Shown: positions 45,290 through 51,977 of the stretch, in pieces | Numbering within the stretch: the stretch's first letter is position 1 | Layout: each line of letters opens with the position of its first letter | Origin: Clostridia bacterium | Lineage (GTDB): Bacteria; Bacillota; Clostridia; Oscillospirales; CAG-272 | Length of the DNA stretch: 58,650 nucleotides | Assembly: GCA_017522125.1 (NCBI GenBank) | Contig: JAFXAC010000059.1 | Span: forward strand, 1-58,650 | Direction of reading: 5' to 3' | Position numbers and translations under genes: made by a program | The notes under the pieces: generated by a model | Told to the model about the DNA's origin: nothing | The model's input: the letters and a program-made list of their open reading frames with translations, nothing else | Database searches by the model: none

Positions 45290-46570
45290 TTACGGTCTTT
45301 CGCCGTGCGCGATATTCGCGCCCGTCAGGTGCGTGTTGCCGAGGGATACGTTGATTTTTGCAAAATCTTCAGCATCGCCCGCGTACTTCACCGAGGACAA
45401 AAGCAAGCAACCGCTAAACGCGCTGTCGCCTATCTCCTCAAGCGAGTCGGGAAGATATAGAGTGCGAAGTCGACTGCACGACATAAACGCACCGTCACCG
45501 ATAAGGCTGACGTCTGCGGAAATAAGCACGCTTTCAAGCGCGCGGCAGGCGTAAAAGGCGTTAGTGCCTATCACCGTCGCCTTGCCCGATATCTCAACGC
45601 TTACTATTTCCTTGTTTTCCGCAAACGCGTCCGAAACGTACTTAACGCCGCGCGGGAGCTTGACGCTACCGCCGCCGCCGTTATATTTTATAAGCACGCC
45701 GTCACCGACGGTGGCAAACTCGTCCGTCAGCGAGGCAAGCCAAGGAGAGCCGTAAAACGCAGAGCTGCCCACCCTCTCAAGAGTGGAGTCCTCGTCCACG
45801 CTCGAAAGCGCGGTACAGCCGTAAAAGGCACGGTCACCGACCGAGGAAATTTCACTAAGGTCTACGCTAACGAGCGACGAACAGTTGTAAAATGCCTCGT
45901 CGGGTATCTCGCAAAGCCCGCCAAGCTCTACTCTGTAAAGCGAGGAGCAGCCGTAAAACGCCTGCGGACCTATAACAACGCCGTCGGGCAGCTCCACCTC
46001 GCAAAGGCTTGAAGCGCCGTAAAAGGCACTCGCGCCTATCTCTTTAAGAGTTTCGGGAAGCTCGAGCTTGCAAAGCGCGGGACACGCCCAGAACGCCGAA
46101 TCGAATATCTTAACAAGTCCCGTTGCTCCATTTACGCTCGAAAGGAGCGAGCAACCGTAAAATGCAAAAAATCCTATGCTCTCAAGCGCCGCGGTCGCGT
46201 CTACGCGAACAAGCTCGGTACAGCCGTAAAACGCGTTTTCACCGATGGTGCGCAGATTTGCGCCAAGCCTTGCGTACACAAGATAGCCGTCAAACGAAAA
46301 CGCCTCGTTTGCGACGGCGGTGACGGGACGAGAGTCGATCTCGTCGGGAATGATAAGCTCGCGCGTACCGTCGCGCCGCCCCGTTACCGTTACCTCGCCG
46401 TTATCGTACACGTCGTAAAAAAGCCCCTCGGGGGAAACGAGCCCCGCCGAAACGACCTTTGCCTCGGTCGTGTCCTCGCCCTCGCTTGGCGCGGGCATAC
46501 AGCCGACGAGCGAAAGCGCAAGCAACGCCGAAAGCATCAATATAATGAACTTTGTTTTTTTATGCTTCAT
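45290..46570 (-). CDS. BspA-type leucine-rich-repeat lipoprotein (longer paralogue)
   Basis: Lipobox LSLVGC. About 12 LRR_5 units (AFYGC..L..V.L). Shares the SPWLASLTDEFA.VGDGVLI.YNG block with the adjacent gene. Confidence 0.75.
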   Translation of the reverse strand: MKHKKTKFIILMLSALLALSLVGCMPAPSEGEDTTEAKVVSAGLVSPEGLFYDVYDNGEVTVTGRRDGTRELIIPDEIDSRPVTAVANEAFSFDGYLVYARLGANLRTIGENAFYGCTELVRVDATAALESIGFFAFYGCSLLSSVNGATGLVKIFDSAFWACPALCKLELPETLKEIGASAFYGASSLCEVELPDGVVIGPQAFYGCSSLYRVELGGLCEIPDEAFYNCSSLVSVDLSEISSVGDRAFYGCTALSSVDEDSTLERVGSSAFYGSPWLASLTDEFATVGDGVLIKYNGGGGSVKLPRGVKYVSDAFAENKEIVSVEISGKATVIGTNAFYACRALESVLISADVSLIGDGAFMSCSRLRTLYLPDSLEEIGDSAFSGCLLLSSVKYAGDAEDFAKINVSLGNTHLTGANIAHGERP

Positions 46571-46655
46571 TTTTGTTCTTTCAGATAGCCTTGTTTGGAT
46601 ACAAATATCTTAGAATATTATATCACTATAATGCTTTTTTGTCAATAATATATAA

Positions 46656-46685
46656 GAAAAAGCGGTGCAAAAGCACCGCTTTTCG
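46656..46685 (-). terminator. Intrinsic terminator after the CNNM/CorC gene
   Basis: AGCGGTGC-tttt-GCACCGCT followed by TTTTTC on the minus strand. Confidence 0.75.
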
Positions 46686-46692
46686 TTATATG

Positions 46693-47982
46693 TTACACCG
46701 GCTCAGCTTCGGCTTCCTCGGCTTCAGCCTCGGCATCCGCCGAAAGCTGCTTGTTGCAGGTAACGTTTATGAAAAGAACTCTCTGGAACTCGGTTTCGGT
46801 AACGGTAATGTCAAGGTCCTCGAAGGTGAAGGTATCTCCGACCTCGGGGATCTTTCCAAGCTCCTCCATTACCCAACCGCCGACGGAGATATTCTCGCTC
46901 TCGACGCTTATCTCAAAATTCTCGCAGAAATCGTCAAGATTCATCGTGCAGTCTATGCGATAATTATTGTCCTCGAGCCTTTCGAGCTCCTTTTCGACCT
47001 CGTCGTGCTCGTCCCAGATGTCACCGACAAGCTCCTCAAGAATGTCCTCCATCGTGACGATACCAAACGTTCCGCCGTATTCGTCAAGCACTACGGCGAT
47101 ATGGGATTTATTCTTTTGAAGCAACCTTAAAAGGTCGTTTATCTTTTCACTCTTTTGCGTAAATACGGGGGGAGTGATTATATCGTTAATGTCGCCGCCG
47201 TATATTCCGCTTGCGGTGTAGAAATCCTTTTGGTGTATCACGCCCGTGATATTATCAATGGACTCATCGTACACGACAAGACGCGAAAATCTACTCTCCT
47301 GAAATACGGACGATATTTTTTCCTTCGTGGCGTCGCGGCTTACAGCCTCGATATCCACGCGGTGAGTAAGAATGTCCTCCGCCTTGCGCTCGGTAAACTC
47401 GATAGCGTTCTGGAGCAGAGTGCTTTCCTCCTCGTCGATGCTTCCGTCCTGCTGGATCTCCTCAACGAGCATAAGAAGCTCCTCCTGCGACATTTTGGAG
47501 TCCTCTTCCTTTTTGAATATCTTCAAAATGAGCTTGCGCCACAGAGAAAACAGGAAGTTGAGGGGTGTCAAGATGAATATCAGCCCATTTATAAAGGGAG
47601 CTGAAAACATAGCGAATTTTTCAGGGCGGTCCTTGGCTATGCCCTTCGGAGTGATCTCGCCGAAGATAAGTACCGCTATGGTACTGACTACCGTGGAAAG
47701 CGTCGTTCCGAGGTCGTTGCTCTTTGCGATGTCAATAAAGAACACCGTACATACTGCGGTAAGAAGGATATTTACCAGGTTGTTTCCGATGAGAATGGTG
47801 GAAAGGAGAGTATCGTAATTCTCCGAAAGGCGCAGAGCAAGCGCCGCGCGCTTATTTCCCTTTTCCGCCAGTGTCTTCATCCTGGTCTTGTTGAAGGTGG
47901 ACATTGCCGTTTCAGTCGCGGAAAAATACGCCGACATGATAAGGCAGAAGAGCATGATCAACAATTGGGGTAAATGGTCCAT
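46693..47982 (-). CDS. CNNM/DUF21-CBS-CorC_HlyC family transporter (hemolysin-family / Mg/Co efflux-like)
   Basis: Four TM segments forming a DUF21 domain (SAYFSATETA...), a CBS pair, and a CorC_HlyC C-terminal domain (GGWVMEELGKIPEVGDTF). Confidence 0.88.
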   Translation of the reverse strand: MDHLPQLLIMLFCLIMSAYFSATETAMSTFNKTRMKTLAEKGNKRAALALRLSENYDTLLSTILIGNNLVNILLTAVCTVFFIDIAKSNDLGTTLSTVVSTIAVLIFGEITPKGIAKDRPEKFAMFSAPFINGLIFILTPLNFLFSLWRKLILKIFKKEEDSKMSQEELLMLVEEIQQDGSIDEEESTLLQNAIEFTERKAEDILTHRVDIEAVSRDATKEKISSVFQESRFSRLVVYDESIDNITGVIHQKDFYTASGIYGGDINDIITPPVFTQKSEKINDLLRLLQKNKSHIAVVLDEYGGTFGIVTMEDILEELVGDIWDEHDEVEKELERLEDNNYRIDCTMNLDDFCENFEISVESENISVGGWVMEELGKIPEVGDTFTFEDLDITVTETEFQRVLFINVTCNKQLSADAEAEAEEAEAEPV

Positions 47983-48043
47983 AATAGGTTTTTATCTCCT
48001 TAGCTTTTATAGCGGTCGACCGCTTATTTTGTAATTTAAGCGC

Positions 48044-48082
48044 AAAAAAGCATACCTGCAACGCCACGCGTTCAGATATGCC
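48044..48082 (-). terminator. Terminator/attenuator hairpin inside the 5' leader of the CNNM gene
   Basis: Minus strand GCATATCTG-n13-CAGGTATGC followed by TTTTTTG, about 60 nt upstream of the ATG and about 115 nt downstream of the predicted TSS. Confidence 0.55.
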
Positions 48083-48203
48083 TCACATATGAAAATTTGT
48101 CGATTACGTAATTGCAACTGTCGTTACAACAACTGTCGCCGTCCATAGACTTGTATTTTCTCCGTATGCTTAAATTTTACCGTTTTCGCGGTAATTCTTA
48201 TAC

Positions 48204-48232
48204 ATTATAGCAGAGTTGCACCGACAAGTCAA
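48204..48232 (-). promoter_or_regulatory. Sigma-A type promoter (TTGACT-17-TATAAT) driving a ~215-nt leader
   Basis: On the minus strand, TTGACT (48232-48227), 17-nt spacer, TATAAT (48209-48204). Confidence 0.6.
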
Positions 48233-48241
48233 TAGTTTTTC

Positions 48242-48278
48242 AAAAAAAATATGGGTGCGCGCGGCGCACCCATATTTA
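48242..48278 (-). terminator. Intrinsic terminator after the beta-helix surface protein gene
   Basis: ATATGGGTGCGC-cgcg-GCGCACCCATAT followed by TTTTTTTTG on the minus strand. Confidence 0.8.
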
Positions 48279-48286
48279 TATGTTTA

Positions 48287-49699
48287 TCAGTCTTCCTTCT
48301 TGCGAGCGATAGCTACAGCGCCAACGGCTGCTACGGCAACGATTGCAAGAGAGATGCTCGAGCCGCATCCGCCCTCTTCAGCCGCGGTGGTAACCGTGGG
48401 TGCGGGAGTGGTAGCGGGAGCAGGAGCGGGAGTGGTGTCAACCTTTGCGGTCGTGTCATTCGAGGGAGCGTCGGTATCAGCACCGTCATCAACGGTGGTA
48501 TCGTTACCTGCGTCCTCGGTGGTCTCCTCAGTGTCGGGAGCAGTAGTACCGGGAACATCGTAAGCCTTACCGAAATCAGCCATGATAGCGGCAACACCCG
48601 CGTCGATAGCTACCTGATCGGCATACTCAAAGCCCGTTGCAGTCTCGGATGCGGTGTAAGCGGTAGAGCCTGCTACTACGGAATTGTGGAGTATCTTAAC
48701 GTTCTCGGTCATAATAAGACCCGTGGAAGCGTACTGGCAAACAGCGTCTGCGCCCGAGGTAGCAGTAACCTCGCCCGTGGTTTCGTCAACAACGGTAGCG
48801 GGAGTAAACGTTCCGCTTACGAAGCTGTCGTAGATGCTGATGGTGCTGGTACCCGTGGTACGGGAAACAAGACCTGCAACGCCGTACTTTTCGCCTGCTC
48901 TTTCGGTGGTGGTAACGTTACCCGTGCTTGCGCACTTGTACATAATAACGTTTGCCTTACCGCCGAGGATACGGGAGATGATACCGCCTGCGATCTCACG
49001 GGCGGTGATGTCACCGGTGTTGATGCAACGAACCATTACGAAATCGCAGTGCTGGTTAACGTTACCAACGATACCTGCCGCGTAGTGGATGCTGGTGGTG
49101 ATGTCGCCGTTGTTTACGCAATCGATGAAGTTTGCGTAAAGGTATCCGCTTGCAAGGTCGGCGTTACCGATGATACCGCCCGCCTGCTCGTTGGAAATGA
49201 TGTTACCGTTGTTTACGCAGTTCTTGAAGGTGATGTGGTTCTCGTTATCGGTAGAGCCAACGATACCTGCAACACGGTTGGTGTTGCCCGATGCGTCAAC
49301 GTTTACGTTGTTGGTGATGTTCTCAAGAAGCACGGGAGCATCCTCGAAGCTTCCGTTAATAGCGAGAATGATGGGGCATACGTCGATAGCCTCGGTGTTG
49401 GTAGCGGTGAAGTTGGTGATGATAGCACCGCCGCCTACGTCCATAAACATGGTGTTCTTAACGGTGATGGTGTGACCGTTTCCGTCAAAGGTGCCGAAAA
49501 AGCCCTCAACGGAGGTCTCGCATACGGAGTCGCTCATAAGCTTGAAATTACCCTCGCCGTAGCTCAGGTTAGCCTTCTGCGCGAATTCTTCCCAGTCCTT
49601 ACACTCTACGGGAGCGTCAGCGGACGCGCCGATAGCCATAGTCGCGAGAAGAGCCGCAAGCATAGTGATCGTGATGATCACGGAAATAATTTTCTTCAT
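48287..49699 (-). CDS. Secreted GLUG-motif / parallel beta-helix repeat surface protein with a Thr/Pro-rich stalk and a C-terminal GGCGSS-TM-RKKED tail
   Basis: Signal peptide. FFGTFDGNGHTI plus repeated (A/G)G(I/L)(I/V)G...N.GNI units. TTPAPAPATTPAPT stalk, then a terminal hydrophobic helix with a basic end. Start at MKKIIS (ATG at 49699, AAAGGAA RBS). Confidence 0.6.
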   Translation of the reverse strand: MKKIISVIITITMLAALLATMAIGASADAPVECKDWEEFAQKANLSYGEGNFKLMSDSVCETSVEGFFGTFDGNGHTITVKNTMFMDVGGGAIITNFTATNTEAIDVCPIILAINGSFEDAPVLLENITNNVNVDASGNTNRVAGIVGSTDNENHITFKNCVNNGNIISNEQAGGIIGNADLASGYLYANFIDCVNNGDITTSIHYAAGIVGNVNQHCDFVMVRCINTGDITAREIAGGIISRILGGKANVIMYKCASTGNVTTTERAGEKYGVAGLVSRTTGTSTISIYDSFVSGTFTPATVVDETTGEVTATSGADAVCQYASTGLIMTENVKILHNSVVAGSTAYTASETATGFEYADQVAIDAGVAAIMADFGKAYDVPGTTAPDTEETTEDAGNDTTVDDGADTDAPSNDTTAKVDTTPAPAPATTPAPTVTTAAEEGGCGSSISLAIVAVAAVGAVAIARKKED

Positions 49700-49800
49700 A
49701 AGTTGCGTTCCTTTCTGTTTTGTGGTTTGTGGGCACTTGCCTAAATATATTTTACCATTCATAAATAATTATGTCAACACTTTTTATTTTGTCAAGTTGC

Positions 49801-50010
49801 ACAAAAAAGCGCAAGCTCGGCTTGCGCGTCGATATAAATCCCTTGCGGGATTTTCGATATGCGCCTACGGCGCACGTCGATATAAATCTGCGCAAGCTGA
49901 TTTATATCATATCGAGTTCGACCGAAGGGAGAACATATCGAATTCGAGCGAAGCGAGAATATATCGAGCCGAGCGCGAGCGAGGCATATCGACAAACCTT
50001 CTCGCTTGCG
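49801..50010. repeat. TCGATAT/ATATCGA-word / mini-hairpin array
   Basis: TCGATAT at 49829, 49854 and 49877, then the reverse-complement word ATATCGA at 49909, 49935, 49961 and 49986 (26/26/25-nt spacing). Words are separated by short imperfect palindromes, most with a central CGAAG. Bracketed by hairpins at both ends. Confidence 0.85.
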
Positions 50011-50045
50011 AAAAAAAGAACGGGGAATTTTAAAATTCCCCGTTA
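50011..50045 (-). terminator. Intrinsic terminator of fba
   Basis: AACGGGGAATTTT/AAAATTCCCCGTT stem followed by CTTTTTTT on the minus strand. Confidence 0.8.
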
Positions 50046-50057
50046 AGTTGTAATTTA

Positions 50058-51023
50058 TCAGAGAGCTCCGGAAGAGCCGAGAACGTTTGCGATCTTGTGC
50101 TGAACCATCTTCTTGACCTCTGCGCGAGCTACGGTCAGGTAGGTTCTGGGGTCGAATACGTCGGGCTGCTCGGTCATAACGCGGCGAATGCCTGCGGTCA
50201 TAGCAAGACGGATGTCGGAGTCGATGTTGATCTTACATACTGCCATACCTGCTGCCTTGCGGAGCTGCTCCTCGGGGATACCTACAGCGTCGGGGAGCTT
50301 GCCGCCGAGCGCGTTGATCTCCTTAACGTACTCCTGAGGAACGGAGGATGCGCCGTGAAGAACGATGGGGAACTCGGGAAGTCTCTTCTCTATCTCGGCA
50401 AGAATGTCGAAGCGGAGAGGCGGAGGAACGAGGATACCCTCTTCATTTCTGGTGCACTGCGCGGGAGTGAACTTGTATGCGCCGTGGGAGGTACCGATGG
50501 AGATAGCGAGGGAGTCAACGCCGGTGCGGTTTACGAACTCCTCAACCTCCTCGGGACGGGTGTAAGAGGAATGCTCTGCAACAACGTCGTCCTCAACGCC
50601 TGCGAGAACGCCAAGCTCACCCTCAACTACTACGCCGCGTGCGTGAGCGTACTCAACTACCTTGCGGGTAAGGGCGATATTGTCCTCGAAGGAGTGATGA
50701 GAGCCGTCGATCATAACGGAGGTAAAGCCGCCGTCGATGCAGGACTTGCAGATCTCAAAATCTGCGCCGTGGTCGAGGTGAAGTGCAAGGTCAACGCCGC
50801 TGTCAGCGATAGCAGCCTTAGCAAGAGCCATAAGATACTCGTGCTTTGCATACTTGCGCGCGCCTGCAGATACCTGAAGGATGACGGGGGACTTTTCAGC
50901 CGCTGCCGCCTCGGTGATCGCCTGAACGATCTCCATATTGTTTATGTTGAAAGCACCGATAGCGTAGCCGCCTGCGTATGCTTTCTTGAACATTTCCTTG
51001 GTTGTAACAAGTGCCATTTTCAA
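50058..51023 (-). CDS. fba: Class II fructose-1,6-bisphosphate aldolase
   Basis: About 321 aa. HLDHG, MIDGSH, VEGELG and SIGTSHGAYKF motifs of class II FBA. Confidence 0.93.
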   Translation of the reverse strand: MKMALVTTKEMFKKAYAGGYAIGAFNINNMEIVQAITEAAAAEKSPVILQVSAGARKYAKHEYLMALAKAAIADSGVDLALHLDHGADFEICKSCIDGGFTSVMIDGSHHSFEDNIALTRKVVEYAHARGVVVEGELGVLAGVEDDVVAEHSSYTRPEEVEEFVNRTGVDSLAISIGTSHGAYKFTPAQCTRNEEGILVPPPLRFDILAEIEKRLPEFPIVLHGASSVPQEYVKEINALGGKLPDAVGIPEEQLRKAAGMAVCKINIDSDIRLAMTAGIRRVMTEQPDVFDPRTYLTVARAEVKKMVQHKIANVLGSSGAL

Positions 51024-51149
51024 TTTCTCCTTGTGTATATTTTTTTACCAAAGTATATTTTACACTTTTTTGCGAGAAAAATCAAGTAAAATATAGCACA
51101 AAAGCAAACTTTTTTGCATTTTTTTGAAAAAAAGGCGTATTTTTTCGTT

Positions 51150-51566
51150 TTATCCTATCGCGCCGCCGCCCTCAACTCCCGTTGTAGCGGGCAAGGTCGC
51201 CGTCGCGGCGGCAGTTCCAAGACCGAAGCTCACCGCGATGGCGGCGTTCACCTCGTTCATCAGTCCCTCGTCAAGATGCCCCATCTTTTCCTTGAGGCGG
51301 CGCTTGTCAAGCGTCCTTATCTGCTCAAGCAGTATCACAGAGTCGCGCGAGAGTCCTGCCTTTTCGGCGTATATGTCGATATGTGTGGGCAGGCGCGTTT
51401 TTCCCATTCTTGATGTAATCGCGGCGGCAATGACCGTTGGGCTGTATTTGTTGCCAACGTCGTTTTGTATTATCAGCACGGGGCGAAGTCCCCCCTGCTC
51501 CGAGCCGACAACGGGCGAGAGGTCGGCGTAAAATATATCTCCTCTTTTTATGCTTTGCATATTCAT
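51150..51566 (-). CDS. mazF: MazF/PemK (EndoA-like) type II toxin endoribonuclease, no adjacent antitoxin ORF
   Basis: [47 protein letters not shown]...LPTHIDI...[13 protein letters not shown] is the canonical MazF/EndoA core. Start at the ATG at 51566 (AAGGAG RBS). An extra Gly/Ala/Thr-rich ~22-aa C-terminal tail is present. Confidence 0.85.
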   Translation of the reverse strand: MNMQSIKRGDIFYADLSPVVGSEQGGLRPVLIIQNDVGNKYSPTVIAAAITSRMGKTRLPTHIDIYAEKAGLSRDSVILLEQIRTLDKRRLKEKMGHLDEGLMNEVNAAIAVSFGLGTAAATATLPATTGVEGGGAIG

Positions 51567-51680
51567 TTTCTGCTCCTTGCGGGTTTTGCTTACATTCATA
51601 TTTTTACCGCCCGCCGCCCCTCTTAAACAGGCGCACGGAATTTTGCGGTAAGGAATTTTTACCCTACGTTAGCAGTATAT

Positions 51681-51808
51681 GTGAAAACACCGTTGGTGTT
51701 TTCACGGTGAAATCCGACTTCGTCGGGTGAAATCCACCTGCGGTGGATGAAATATTTCGCTACGCGAAATGTGAAATATTTGCCTTGCGGCAAATATTAA
51801 GGAAAAAA
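51681..51808 (+). repeat. GTGAAAT-word / mini-hairpin array (forward), colinear with the 30462-30590 copy
   Basis: GTGAAAACAC-cgtt-GTGTTTTCAC. Words at 51707, 51727, 51747 and 51771 (spacing 20/20/24) with hairpins CCGAC-ttc-GTCGG, CCACC-tgc-GGTGG, TCGC-tac-GCGA and TTTGCC-ttgc-GGCAAA. Ends in ATTAAGGAAAAAA. Confidence 0.85.
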
Positions 51809-51846
51809 GCGTAAGAAACGCACGCGTTTCTTACGCTTTTGTTTTT
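51809..51846. terminator. Bidirectional terminator shared by the two convergent arrays
   Basis: GCGTAAGAAACG-cacg-CGTTTCTTACGC, flanked by AAAAAA and TTTTGTTTTT. Confidence 0.8.
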
Positions 51847-51873
51847 ATAATTGCTTTTTGCGTAGCAAAAAGC

Positions 51874-51977
51874 TACCTTCATATTTTGCGAAGCAAAATA
51901 TTTCACATTTGCCCTTGGGCAAATATTTCACACGGCGAAGCCGTATTTCACCCGTTCCGACGGAACGGATTTCACTG
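51874..51977 (-). repeat. GTGAAAT-word / mini-hairpin array (reverse orientation) starting at the stop codon of the polyferredoxin-thioredoxin gene
   Basis: ATTTCAC at 51900, 51925, 51945 and 51969 on the plus strand. Hairpins TTGC-gaa-GCAA, TTTGCCC-ttg-GGCAAA, CGGC-gaa-GCCG and CCGTTCCGA-CGGAACGG. The TGA at 51974-51972 is the gene's stop. Confidence 0.85.

Noticed and set aside
51679-51684. ATG-TGA start-stop mini-ORF at the beginning of the 51.7-kb array
   Set aside because: There is no RBS and the other arrays have no counterpart. It is most likely a coincidence of the word GTGAAA following AT.
51681-51977. Interpreting the word/hairpin arrays as CRISPR arrays
   Set aside because: The conserved unit is only 7 nt and the period is 20-26 nt. 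The variable parts are self-complementary hairpins drawn from a small recurring set. No cas genes or leader are present. The grammar is incompatible with CRISPR repeat-spacer structure.
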